DNA of 64,000 bases from a virus (lineage: Duplodnaviria; Caudoviricetes), in the IMG/VR virus record IMGVR_UViG_3300032266_000589. One strand, given 5' to 3'. The position numbers and the translations under genes were made by a program. This document shows, piece after piece, positions 1 to 10,102 of this stretch. The stretch's first letter is position 1; each line of letters begins with the position of its first letter. The notes beneath the pieces are model-generated. The model did not search any database. It was not told where the DNA came from and worked only from the letters and a program-made list of their open reading frames with translations.

Positions 1-1
1 C

Positions 2-3000
2 CGCTGCACTTCCTGTTTTTAGATCTGTAACGCCGTTAATTCCTCTAGCTTGAATATTGGCTTGCTCAACTGTATTTTTTGCTCGCATTTCTGGAGTAAC
101 TTTTGGCCCGCCATACTTTGCGGCAATGTCCATAGCTTCCATTCTAACATTAGAAGCTTCTAGCTGCGCGTTCATTAATTGACGTTCAGCTTCAATTCTT
201 TGCTTGGTTAATTCGTTAAGTTGCTTTTGAATTTCATAAGCAGCTTTCATTGGGCCATTGACTTGCTCCAAAGTCTTTTTACCAAGCTCATTAATTGCTT
301 CTTCAAAAGCTGTAAAGTCGCCTGTGCCAATTTTTTGAAGTTGATCATCGGACATATTAGCTGAAGCATCTTTAAATCGCTGCCTTGTAGCATCATCATA
401 TCCAGCGGCTGCAAGTTGTTCATCAATAGAGTTAGTAAATGCTGTTCTTCGTCCTTCAGCGCCAACTGAGCCGCGAATATTTTCTGCTAATTTGTCTCTT
501 GCTCCACCAAAAATAGATGATTGATTTTTCTGAACTTCATTGACGGCGCTAACGTTGCGTTGAAATTTAGTAACTTGTTCGGGATTAGCCCCAAATTCAT
601 ATAACACTTCTGAAGCATCACTTAAAGCTTTACCAAAGTCTGCGTCACTAATTCCCTGTGCGGCAGATGTCACACTGGCCTCAAGTACCGCTAATGATTG
701 TTCTAATCCAATATTGCCAGCTTGTTGTGATGCAACATAATTATTAACACCCAGTGCGGCTGCGGCTGCTGCACCCTGAACATTTTGCATACCAAGATTC
801 ATTGCAGCAAAAGCGTTTTGGGCGCGCTGAATTTCTTTACTAATATTTTCAAAAGAAGATGCAGCATTTCTCATAGCTCCATCTGTAAGATTTAATAATT
901 CAAACTCAGCATCGCTTAAAGAAGAAAGAAAATCATCAAAGCTTCCACCACTAGAGGCAGTTTCTGTCATTTGTTGCTGCATAGCTGGCTGTAATGTTCT
1001 TAATTGCTGTTGTCCGACACGTTGAGCGTCTTGAGTTCTCTGTGTCATATTATTTTTTCTTGCTTGCACCTCTTCGTTGCTATCAACATAGCCATTAGTA
1101 AGATAAGCCCCAAAAGTTCGTAACCCTCCAGTGTTTTGCTTTCTAACAACCTTTTCTTCTGCTGTATTTGCTTCTTTGGCTAGTTTCATGGCATCAACGC
1201 TTGATTGTGTTTCAACAGCTAAAGAATCTAACGCATTTCTTAAAGAGATAGTTCCAGCTTGAACATTTTCTAAAGCTTTAGCGGCTTTGTCGCTAGAGTT
1301 CTCTAAAACTTTGTTTGTTTGTACAAATTGCGCCGCCGAGGCACTAACACTACCCATTGCTTTAGCAGCATCTCCCGGTCCAAAAGCAGCATTTAAAAAA
1401 TTTCCAGCCGTCCTGCCAGTGGCGGCTCCAGTAATACCACCCGCTGCTGCTCCAACTGCTGTGCCAGCCGCAGTTCCAGCAAGATTGCCAAGGACGGGTA
1501 CGGCGATACCACCAAGAAAACCAACTCCCGCTCCAGCGGCACCACCAAGTACAGTCCCTGTGATAGCTCCATAATTTTGTAATACTTCTGCAAAGTCTAC
1601 ACTACCTAAATTTTCTCCAGCTTTTCTAGCACCTTCAACATCTCCAGCTTCTATTTTTTTCTTATTCATATCTTCAGCGCTTTTTCTTAAAGCGTCTGAA
1701 AATGTTTTAACAGCCATATAAGCCACAGTTGCCCCTATGGCAAAACCCCCTAATGCATTACCCAAATCAGAGGCTGTTGCAGCACTTGATGCTGCGGCCT
1801 CTGCCGTGTCAGCGGTTGCAGACGCTGTTGAAGCTGCTGTTTCAGAAACTTGACCCGTAATAACATTACGAATAGAATCATACATTCCCATAGCAATTCT
1901 ACCAACATTATCAAACACAAGACCTAACCTATTAGCCATTTTGTCTAGACTTGTTAATTCTTGCAGTGATAAGCTTACTCCAAAAGCTTCCAGTGCAAAT
2001 CCTACAGTAGCAAGTGTGCTAACTATTCCTAAAACAGATGTAGAGAACTTCAATAGCATACTACTGTTTTCATCTACGGCTGGCAAAAATCCTTGAAGTA
2101 AACTAACAGCCATAGATGCTGCAAACATTTTATTATTATTTGCAACTGTTGCGGCAGTTGATGAAGCTTGTTGTTGAGAGTTTGTATTTTGTTGCACTGC
2201 CTGAGTGTTAGTTTGAAATGCCGCATTAAATGCAGCAAGCGATCCACTTGGTTGAGCAGACGCTGTGGGTGGCGCTGAAACTGATGGACTTGCCGCAACG
2301 GCAGAGTTTCTTGCAGTTGTTGCTTGTGCTGAATTTAATTTGGCGTTAGAATCTCTATCTAGCGCCTGTACATAGCGAGACATTGCAGCTTTAATTTCAT
2401 CATTAGACTTACCTTGATTTTGTAAGCTAATGACCATTTCAGCGTATCTAACAGCTATTTTTTCTTGAGATGTTTTAGTGCGTTTATTAGCAATTGAGTT
2501 TGATCTAATTGAATCAACTAACTGTGGTACAGATTTTTCTATCAAACTAAAAGCTTGGACTGTTTTGGTTGTTTCTGCGCCCAATCCTCTAAATAAGTCT
2601 GCTAATGAAAAAACAGTTTTGTCTAGAACCGCGAAGATTTTTGGATTTAAATTAAATGCTTGCGCCCCAACTCTGTCTCCTGAAGTTCTTGTCCCACCAG
2701 TAGCCGTACCTCCAGTTGCAAATGTTTGCACAACTCCACCTTTGGCGTATTTACCAACTGTGTTCATTCGATGTAAATTGCCATAACCAATGCGTTGTGC
2801 TGATGATTTATTTACAACGAACTCGCCGGGAGTTAATAATGCTGGAACTGTATCTGTTCCAACATTACCACCAGTGGCAAATTTTACTCGGTCTACTCTA
2901 GAGCCTTTATTTCTAATAGCATCTATTGCGGGCTGCTTACTTGCGCCCTGAGTAAATATCATATTCTGAATTGGAATACCAAACTGTGAACTTAAATATT

Positions 3001-5764
3001 CAGCCGCGCCCTTAACTCTTTTTGACTTGCTAATAATACTTATCTTGCGAGCGTCTAGCTGTCCATTCTTTATTGCAGCTTGTAACTCTTTTCCAAACTG
3101 TGTAATTGGTGCAGATTTTAGATCTTGAAGACGTTTTACTTCATCTCTAAAATATGTATTGAGTGATGCATCTTTAGCTCCGGGAGTTGGAGCTTTAGCA
3201 TAAGCTGTGTCACCAACTGTGCGCTTGAGTGTTCTATCAACATCAACCGCGCCACCGCCAGCTTTGATTAAAGCTTGTATGGCTGCGCTTGGTCTTGGTA
3301 GAATTGAGCCAGATGCTTGTAGTATGTCATCAACAAGTGGCGCACCTTCAATGCCTTTTGCTCTGCCGCCAAAAGCAAATTTTTGAATTATACCACCAAG
3401 AGATTTTTTAGCAATCATTTTAATTCCACCAAGCTTACCATCATTTATAGAATTAATGATTTTACTTAGTATGCTACCACTACCAGCGCCTCCAGAAATT
3501 ATTTTAGATGAATATGATGCTTTAGCATCTGCTTGTGCTAAGTTTTGAATTCCAGCAGGATTTCCAAACAAAGAAGCTAATCTTGGTTTATTTCCCTGTA
3601 ATGAAGATGGTGGAAAGTCAAAATTAGCATTTCCAGAAGCTGGCTTTGCTCCGGTAATAGCATCTATAACGCCTTCAAATAAATAGCCAGATGTTGTTCT
3701 AATAGCACCTTTATCTTGAGCTATTCTACTTGCGGCTGTTTGCCTAAGTAACGCTTCATTGGAATCTATTGGAGGTATATCTAATAATTTATTGCTTTGA
3801 ATAAAATTAGCTGTATCAACTACAGCCTCTGTTAATTTTTGTTGAACATTGCTTTGTATAATTTCGCTAAAAGAACCGCGAGAAATATCTGTTAAACTTG
3901 GATAAAATGTAGAAACTGATCCGGGTTTTAATATAGCATTTGCATATTGTCCAACTGCAAATTTATTATCGTCACGCAATGTTTTTGGCTGAATGCCATT
4001 TAAACTTAGGAGTTGTTTATTTGTGAGTTGGAACTTTTGTTTCGCAAATGGTATAGAATCATCTGCTGATTCTGCCGGATTCATGAAAAATGCACCAATA
4101 GATTTTGGCTTAACCTCAAACTCTACAGGAGAAGATGAAGAACCATCTTTGTATGTCTTTGTTTTTTCTTTGTTGGGGTTTGGAGATAATTTTTGAGATC
4201 TTGCTTGAGCAATTTTGTCTGCTGTGCCACCGGTGGCGAACTTCTGTACAGTTCCACCATTATTCATATGTGCTAAATTATTAGCGCCAAGTTTTTGCAC
4301 ACTATTTTTACGTATAACAAACTCTCCCGGAGTTAACATTGCTGGCACAGTATCGCTATTGCCACTTCCGGGAACTAAACCTCCCGTCGCAAATGCTTGT
4401 ACTTTACCGCCAGAATGGAATGTTCTACCAGAAGTTAATCCAGCACCAACTCCACCTAAAAATCCACCAATACCTTTTACAGCTTTAAATGCTGCTACAG
4501 CACCAAGAAGAGGAAGTAACGGCTTAATAGAATCAGCAATCTTAATTAAAGCAGAAGCTAAAGCTAGGGCAGTATTAGCCATGACTTGAAAAGTTGGCGT
4601 TTCTGTCATGGATCGAACTAAAGCTAAGAATTCTTCCCTAACTTTAATGATTCTAATTGCTAAAGATGCTTGTGCGGTTTCTGCGTTTTTTGTAAGACCA
4701 TTGCCAGCGGTTTGAGCAACATTAAGAGCGGCCTGCGCCGTACTAAACTGTTGTAACAATGGAAGAACCTTACCAATTTGTCTGAATCCACCAAGCTCTT
4801 CAGCAATCTTGATAAATGTTAAATCACCTTCGCCAAGCCCACTAATAGCTTCGCTCAATCTTTTAATAGCCTCATATGGGCCAACGAACTTTCCATTTAA
4901 ATCTACAAGTTCAACGCCAAACCGTTTTAAGAATTCAATTGTTTCTGGTCGCTGGATACGTGTAAAAATAGTTCTTAAGCCCGTACCAATACTTTCAGCA
5001 CTTTCACGGGTTGTGGCTCGTACTGATGTGAATAGAGCTAGTAATTCGTTAAGACTACCACCAGACGCCTTAAACACACCACCAGAGCGACGAATAACGT
5101 CGATTAAGTCACCAGCTTCTACGGCGAATGCGCCAGCAACAGCATCAATAGAACTAAGCTGACCTTCTAATGCTCCAACACCTTGTTTAAACTGTGCAAG
5201 AATAGCAATAGCACCCTCTGCCGTTTCTTGAATGCTATCAAAGTTAGGAGCAAGTGCAGCTTTAGCTAAAGATTCTAAAGCAATTTTAGTATCATCACTA
5301 GACAAACCGGCCTGTGTTAAAACAGTGGTTACTTCTAATAATGATTCAGATGTTACGCCTAATCCAGTAGACAAATTAGTAACAGAGTCAGTTAAGTCTC
5401 TTAAACTACTAACACTTCTGCCAGTAACCTGAGAAATTTTAATCAACTCTCGCTCAAAATCAATGGCAGTTTTTACAGCATCAGACAGTGTGCTAGTAAA
5501 TAATCCTACCGCTCTAGTAGCGATAGAAAAAGCCGCAAAGCGACGAATAGAAACAGCAAAGGCATTACCCATTCTACCAGCCGCAGTAGTTGCGGCTTGG
5601 GTAGATTGAGTTATTTGCTGTAGTTGCTGATTAGCTTGGGCCGAACCGCGAACTTGAACGTTTACGCTAACGTTATTTAGCTGATTTTGAATCTGGCTAA
5701 CAACTTGCGCTACGTTATTGGGGGCTTGAAGCTGTAGCTGTGCAGTCAGTACGAATCTAGACAT
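2..5764 (-). CDS. Tail tape measure protein (TP901-like N-terminal domain), 3' end outside window
   Basis: Hand translation from ATG at 5764 (MSRFVLTAQLQLQAP...AIDFERELIKISQVTG...ESIGTGLRTIFTRI) shows typical tape-measure motifs. The frame stayed open in the segments I translated, and the absence of this ORF from the track fits a stop lying beyond position 1 (>1900 aa). It lies downstream of the tail genes. Confidence 0.92.
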   Translation of the reverse strand, partial: MSRFVLTAQLQLQAPNNVAQVVSQIQNQLNNVSVNVQVRGSAQANQQLQQITQSTQAATTAAGRMGNAFAVSIRRFAAFSIATRAVGLFTSTLSDAVKTAIDFERELIKISQVTGRSVSSLRDLTDSVTNLSTGLGVTSESLLEVTTVLTQAGLSSDDTKIALESLAKAALAPNFDSIQETAEGAIAILAQFKQGVGALEGQLSSIDAVAGAFAVEAGDLIDVIRRSGGVFKASGGSLNELLALFTSVRATTRESAESIGTGLRTIFTRIQRPETIEFLKRFGVELVDLNGKFVGPYEAIKRLSEAISGLGEGDLTFIKIAEELGGFRQIGKVLPLLQQFSTAQAALNVAQTAGNGLTKNAETAQASLAIRIIKVREEFLALVRSMTETPTFQVMANTALALASALIKIADSIKPLLPLLGAVAAFKAVKGIGGFLGGVGAGLTSGRTFHSGGKVQAFATGGLVPGSGNSDTVPAMLTPGEFVIRKNSVQKLGANNLAHMNNGGTVQKFATGGTADKIAQARSQKLSPNPNKEKTKTYKDGSSSSPVEFEVKPKSIGAFFMNPAESADDSIPFAKQKFQLTNKQLLSLNGIQPKTLRDDNKFAVGQYANAILKPGSVSTFYPSLTDISRGSFSEIIQSNVQQKLTEAVVDTANFIQSNKLLDIPPIDSNEALLRQTAASRIAQDKGAIRTTSGYLFEGVIDAITGAKPASGNANFDFPPSSLQGNKPRLASLFGNPAGIQNLAQADAKASYSSKIISGGAGSGSILSKIINSINDGKLGGIKMIAKKSLGGIIQKFAFGGRAKGIEGAPLVDDILQASGSILPRPSAAIQALIKAGGGAVDVDRTLKRTVGDTAYAKAPTPGAKDASLNTYFRDEVKRLQDLKSAPITQFGKELQAAIKNGQLDARKISIISKSKRVKGAAEYLSSQFGIPIQNMIFTQGASKQPAIDAIRNKGSRVDRVKFATGGNVGTDTVPALLTPGEFVVNKSSAQRIGYGNLHRMNTVGKYAKGGVVQTFATGGTATGGTRTSGDRVGAQAFNLNPKIFAVLDKTVFSLADLFRGLGAETTKTVQAFSLIEKSVPQLVDSIRSNSIANKRTKTSQEKIAVRYAEMVISLQNQGKSNDEIKAAMSRYVQALDRDSNAKLNSAQATTARNSAVAASPSVSAPPTASAQPSGSLAAFNAAFQTNTQAVQQNTNSQQQASSTAATVANNNKMFAASMAVSLLQGFLPAVDENSSMLLKFSTSVLGIVSTLATVGFALEAFGVSLSLQELTSLDKMANRLGLVFDNVGRIAMGMYDSIRNVITGQVSETAASTASATADTAEAAASSAATASDLGNALGGFAIGATVAYMAVKTFSDALRKSAEDMNKKKIEAGDVEGARKAGENLGSVDFAEVLQNYGAITGTVLGGAAGAGVGFLGGIAVPVLGNLAGTAAGTAVGAAAGGITGAATGRTAGNFLNAAFGPGDAAKAMGSVSASAAQFVQTNKVLENSSDKAAKALENVQAGTISLRNALDSLAVETQSSVDAMKLAKEANTAEEKVVRKQNTGGLRTFGAYLTNGYVDSNEEVQARKNNMTQRTQDAQRVGQQQLRTLQPAMQQQMTETASSGGSFDDFLSSLSDAEFELLNLTDGAMRNAASSFENISKEIQRAQNAFAAMNLGMQNVQGAAAAAALGVNNYVASQQAGNIGLEQSLAVLEASVTSAAQGISDADFGKALSDASEVLYEFGANPEQVTKFQRNVSAVNEVQKNQSSIFGGARDKLAENIRGSVGAEGRRTAFTNSIDEQLAAAGYDDATRQRFKDASANMSDDQLQKIGTGDFTAFEEAINELGKKTLEQVNGPMKAAYEIQKQLNELTKQRIEAERQLMNAQLEASNVRMEAMDIAAKYGGPKVTPEMRAKNTVEQANIQARGINGVTDLKTGSAA

Positions 5765-5808
5765 AACGCCCTATACTGTTAAAGACCACACTATCCACTT
5801 CCTACAAA

Positions 5809-6639
5809 CTATCCTTCAGGATTCACTTTCTTGCCTTTATCATCAACATACACGACAGATGGCACATAATTACCATTCTCATCTAGTACGTTTCCGTCTT
5901 TATCAGTTCGCTGTCCCCCATCGTTGATGTACTGTCCTAAGTTATTAATTCTGCGACCTTCTAGATCAACCGTTTCACCCTTTTCGTTAACTAGGGAGAG
6001 ATCGTCATTAACGAAATGGTACTGTTTAAGAAACTTGTTTTCTGGAAGGTTGGCTTCGAAGTCTTTGTCGATAGAATACATCATTTGAGCTAGGGCTGTA
6101 GCTGCCGCAAATGCAACTTCGCTGTCTGACTTTTCGAGGTATTCGTCTACTGAATTATACACTTTATTGCCATTTTCATAGAAAGCACAGTTGGCAACTA
6201 AAAACTCAAATCTGGCATTGTCAGAAATGGCTTCTGCGGTATTTTGCTCAAGAGCCATTTTTTCAGCAATTAGCTCTCTTAGCTCATTTCGCTTCTTTCT
6301 CATTTCAATAGCTATATTTTTAGCTTCAGAAGCCTTTACTTTGGCATTCTTGCTTTCACCAACATATAGCTGCTTTTCTAAGGCGATTATTTCTGCACTA
6401 ATCTTGTCCTGTTCTACGTCCTTGCCCTTGTCCCAAATACCCTGTTCTTTCATGAACTTGGATAGTTCCTTTTTTGTCATAATTCCATCTCTCACGCAAT
6501 CTGTCCAAGCCTTGGCAGAAACTCTTTGAGCTTGAGACATTACTGCGCTTTGTGGTCTTTTTACAACAATCTTGACTGTCTTTTCGCCTTCGCCGTCTTT
6601 AACCTTGACTTCAATAGCTTTATCCTTTTCCTTTGACAT
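5809..6639 (-). CDS. Hypothetical tail-region protein (possible tail assembly chaperone)
   Basis: 276-aa charged helical ORF with a GGAG SD, immediately upstream of the tape measure; function from position only. Confidence 0.6.
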   Translation of the reverse strand: MSKEKDKAIEVKVKDGEGEKTVKIVVKRPQSAVMSQAQRVSAKAWTDCVRDGIMTKKELSKFMKEQGIWDKGKDVEQDKISAEIIALEKQLYVGESKNAKVKASEAKNIAIEMRKKRNELRELIAEKMALEQNTAEAISDNARFEFLVANCAFYENGNKVYNSVDEYLEKSDSEVAFAAATALAQMMYSIDKDFEANLPENKFLKQYHFVNDDLSLVNEKGETVDLEGRRINNLGQYINDGGQRTDKDGNVLDENGNYVPSVVYVDDKGKKVNPEG

Positions 6640-6648
6640 AATAATCTC

Positions 6649-6996
6649 CTATTTCTTTTCTGGTTGAATAACTGGAATCTTAATCGAATATCTTAGCCAC
6701 TCTACATCATACTGGGCCAATTCTGCATCAATATTACGTGCTTGATTATTTCCCTTATCTAGTATTTCTGAACGCACCTTTTGAAAAACATCTTTAATAA
6801 TTTGTTGATCTTTTGTTAGTTTACCATCGACAGTTTCCCACAAAAAACTAAAATTGTCTTCAATACTACTTAGAGCGCCAATCATAGTAGTTTGAATTTT
6901 CTTTTTAAGAATTTTGGAGAGTCTTTCTTTTGACTCTTGCTTGTATCTTTCCTCTCTGGCCTTTTTGTAATCTGATCTATTATTCAAGTTGTCCAT
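6649..6996 (-). CDS. Hypothetical protein
   Basis: 115-aa ORF with SD, tightly packed in the tail operon. Confidence 0.75.
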   Translation of the reverse strand: MDNLNNRSDYKKAREERYKQESKERLSKILKKKIQTTMIGALSSIEDNFSFLWETVDGKLTKDQQIIKDVFQKVRSEILDKGNNQARNIDAELAQYDVEWLRYSIKIPVIQPEKK

Positions 6997-7005
6997 ATAA
7001 ACTCC

Positions 7006-8043
7006 TTACTTTGATTTAGCTTGTTTTGAGGCCATTTCCATCTTTTGCGTATGTAGTTTTATTTTTTCATCGTAAAATTCTTCCTGCCCAACGCTACCTT
7101 TGGTTTCTATAGTTTTATTTCGTTGATTAATAATGGCTTGCGCTGTATTAGTATTCATATTTTGAATATTTTTCGCTTTTTCTGGATTCTTAGCCATTAT
7201 GAATACTTCAGAGGCACCCTTTATTTTGTCATTTTTAGTAGAATTTTCAAAGTCCTTTTCTAGTTTTTCTTTCTCGCGTTTTCTATTTTGCACTATAAAC
7301 CAACCATCTAACATATCATCATCTTCTATAACTTCTTTGCTCGGACAGTCTAGTGACTCCTGTATGTTATCATACATCTGCGACCAAACTATTAGATTTT
7401 TCTGATTGTGATTAAGCTCCGTGATGCCAGCGTTTGCAAATAGTTGTAACTGAGATTTTTCTCTAATAATCCATAACGACTTCCAAGGTTCATTTCGTGC
7501 CAAATCTCTACATTTGCTATCTGGCAAAAAAGACATATACCATTGTTCAATAACTGTTTGTAAAGTTGTATCAGAGAAGTCATAGGGTTGATTGTTTTTA
7601 AATGTTAGATTTTGTATGAGCCAAGATGTTTTTTCGCTGGAAGCAAACCCCTCGCACGTATTTTGATAGTTATAGTTTTTTTGTAACAACTGTTCTGAAA
7701 GAATATCTTCAGTTTCTCTGATAGAAGATCTAATTCTTTTAGCTAGTTTTGGGTCTTGTCTAGCTTCATAAATATCGATTTTAAGATTTTCAACTTTCTT
7801 TTTGATTTCCTCTAACTTGTTTTCGTGAAAACTTGTCCACAGATACTGCTCTTTCATCCAAGAAGACATTTCATCTTCTGTCATTAATTCATCATTTAAT
7901 GCTTGCTCGTATGCTTCATTATATTTCTGACAAGCTTGTACTAATTGGTCAATTGTGGGAGAGTGTACAACTAAACCATCTTGTAAAAATATCTTGCCAG
8001 ATCTTATTGTTGAAATAAAAAACTCCCGCTCATGCTGTTTCAT
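7006..8043 (-). CDS. Hypothetical tail-region protein (possible chaperone)
   Basis: 345-aa ORF between the tail tube and tape measure genes. Confidence 0.7.
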   Translation of the reverse strand: MKQHEREFFISTIRSGKIFLQDGLVVHSPTIDQLVQACQKYNEAYEQALNDELMTEDEMSSWMKEQYLWTSFHENKLEEIKKKVENLKIDIYEARQDPKLAKRIRSSIRETEDILSEQLLQKNYNYQNTCEGFASSEKTSWLIQNLTFKNNQPYDFSDTTLQTVIEQWYMSFLPDSKCRDLARNEPWKSLWIIREKSQLQLFANAGITELNHNQKNLIVWSQMYDNIQESLDCPSKEVIEDDDMLDGWFIVQNRKREKEKLEKDFENSTKNDKIKGASEVFIMAKNPEKAKNIQNMNTNTAQAIINQRNKTIETKGSVGQEEFYDEKIKLHTQKMEMASKQAKSK

Positions 8044-8112
8044 TACAAAACCTCATTGCGGGAGTCTTTATTGTTGTGTCCTTTTGAGTCCTAGAGTTTT
8101 ATAGATTAACTA

Positions 8113-9075
8113 TTATGGAGTGTTTTGCGGACCACTTACATTAAATGTGTTATATGTTGAGTAGCTATACTTGACAGTGGCATTACCACCGCCAGCATCG
8201 CCGCCACCATATGTAACAGATTTGAGAAAACACTTACTACCCAAGTCTACCGTGTAACTACCAGCACTTACAGAAAGCGCAACGTCTTGCTCTGGAAGCT
8301 CAGTTGTATTTTGATCAAAGTTAACCTGTTCCATGTTATCTTCGTCAACAAGATATTCTACTTCTGCTGTAACTTCTACTGGATAGTTTGGAACGCGAGC
8401 GTATGGAACTTTTTGACCAAGTTGTAACAAGTCTTCACGACCTAAATCCACGCCCATTGTTATAGATTGAACTTTGGTTGTTCCATGAGGCAAAGTCATG
8501 CCAGTAACGTCTTTGCGAGTTAAAACATATCCATTAGCTGGTTCATCTACTATGTTTGGATCTTCATCATTAATTGCCGGAGGAATATCAATAGATTCAT
8601 TACTCCAGTTTTTATGATTACCGACCAAGGTAACAGATTCTGTTAATTGTCCTTCAACTGGGAACTTATATGATACATTATTTACATACATGCCAGTACA
8701 TGTAACTGTCATTAGCGGGGAATCAACACCGGCATTTTTAGTATCACTATAAATAGCAAATTGAACACAAACTCTATTTTTGCTATCTACAAGCAAATTT
8801 TGATTTTTGCCAGCTAAAGAATAAATTGTAGGATAATTGTCTAATACTTTTTCTAAAGTAATCTCAATTTGAGGAATCTTTAGAACGCTATCATAAATCT
8901 CAAGTTGACCTAGTTCGAAAATATTGTCGAAATCAAAGCTAGTATTTAAACCGATGCTTTGTACGCCATGAAGAAATGTATATTCTGCTGGTTCTTGATA
9001 TGTGCCATCGTTTTGTGGCTCTTGAATAGCTACTGCTACCGCTTGACAAGCATAAAATGTACGATCATTTGCCAT
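8113..9075 (-). CDS. Putative major tail tube protein
   Basis: 320-aa acidic, beta-rich protein (GVQSIGLNTSF...FELGQLEIY), with its own late-type promoter and strong SD, upstream of the tape measure. Confidence 0.65.
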   Translation of the reverse strand: MANDRTFYACQAVAVAIQEPQNDGTYQEPAEYTFLHGVQSIGLNTSFDFDNIFELGQLEIYDSVLKIPQIEITLEKVLDNYPTIYSLAGKNQNLLVDSKNRVCVQFAIYSDTKNAGVDSPLMTVTCTGMYVNNVSYKFPVEGQLTESVTLVGNHKNWSNESIDIPPAINDEDPNIVDEPANGYVLTRKDVTGMTLPHGTTKVQSITMGVDLGREDLLQLGQKVPYARVPNYPVEVTAEVEYLVDEDNMEQVNFDQNTTELPEQDVALSVSAGSYTVDLGSKCFLKSVTYGGGDAGGGNATVKYSYSTYNTFNVSGPQNTP

Positions 9076-9110
9076 TATATCTCTCCTATGAAAGTTCTAT
9101 AAAACTCTAG

Positions 9111-9122
9111 TTATTTATACAC
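9111..9122 (-). promoter_or_regulatory. Putative phage late promoter GTGTATAAATAA
   Basis: GTGTAT(A/T) recurs about 20-55 nt upstream of many virion genes. Confidence 0.6.
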
Positions 9123-9127
9123 AAAAA

Positions 9128-10102
9128 TTAGATATTAACTTGAATTACTTCAGTGGTGGTTCTGACTATACCAGCGTAAAAGTTGGTATTAATCATATCC
9201 ATCCCTTGTACCGTAGAATTCTGGAATCTCATCTTTTTAGATGGGTATTTTTCGATTAAATCTGGGTATCTTAAGGCTCCAGAAACTGGAAATCCCCTGT
9301 AATCTAGGGGCATATCTCCACTATTAGCAATACGATTACTATCGAACATGTATATTGTTTTGTCATTTTGAAATGATACAATATCAACAAGCTTATTGCG
9401 TGTAATTTCATCTTCAGCTATGCAGTGAAATAAAACATCCGTGGAAACCCACTGACCACCGCCCAGTTGAAATCCACGCATAGTTCGCCTTGGCACAACC
9501 TCTACAGCTATAGCTGGAAGCTGAACCCTCATTTCTGCCGGAAGATCAAATTCGCCCTTATTTATATTGATGAAGCTTGGGTTTGGCTCAAGAGTTCTGT
9601 ACTGTATTTCTCTTAACCAAGGTAGATTGTTAGCGTAAATAATGTTGATATATTTGTAACTATATTCAGCTTGAACCTTACTGCCTGTTGGTATTGGATT
9701 ATCAAATACCACCCTACCATTATAATAATCTACTTTATATGAATATTGACCGGTAGTATTAGTTGGATAAAAGGTGTCATTGATGTAAATTCCAGAAATG
9801 CCGGGATGTGCTGGGTTAGCATCCACAAGTGGGGAAGGATCGTAATTTACACCACTTTGCCATACCCAATTCTTTCTAAAACCTTCCCACGCAACACCAT
9901 CTGTGAAGTTGTTATTGCCAGATTTTCTTAAAACACTATAGTCTAGGTTGTCAGAAGATATCTCATTAAGAGTAACGTTGAAATAATTACCCCTTTGTAG
10001 CAACGCCCAATCAAAAAATTCAACAATATTATCTTGCAACTCATTATTTAGAGTTGTGTCGAAAATGCTGTTAATACCGTCTATATTAAGATAGTCTGAC
10101 AT
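9128..10102 (-). CDS. Putative tail completion/terminator-type virion protein
   Basis: 324 aa; the C-terminal LPAIAVEV...DVLFHCIAEDEITRNKLVDI resembles tail-terminator folds; it sits just before the tail tube gene. Confidence 0.5.
   Translation of the reverse strand: MSDYLNIDGINSIFDTTLNNELQDNIVEFFDWALLQRGNYFNVTLNEISSDNLDYSVLRKSGNNNFTDGVAWEGFRKNWVWQSGVNYDPSPLVDANPAHPGISGIYINDTFYPTNTTGQYSYKVDYYNGRVVFDNPIPTGSKVQAEYSYKYINIIYANNLPWLREIQYRTLEPNPSFININKGEFDLPAEMRVQLPAIAVEVVPRRTMRGFQLGGGQWVSTDVLFHCIAEDEITRNKLVDIVSFQNDKTIYMFDSNRIANSGDMPLDYRGFPVSGALRYPDLIEKYPSKKMRFQNSTVQGMDMINTNFYAGIVRTTTEVIQVNI

Noticed and set aside
247-5432. Short ORFs listed by the track within 1-5764 and antisense ORFs across the virion block
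   Set aside because: They are shadows of the long minus-strand genes; the real tape-measure ORF is missing from the track apparently because its stop lies outside the window.
5809-8043. Programmed frameshift in tail assembly chaperones
   Set aside because: The three ORFs each have their own SD and stop, and I found no convincing slippery site at an ORF end.
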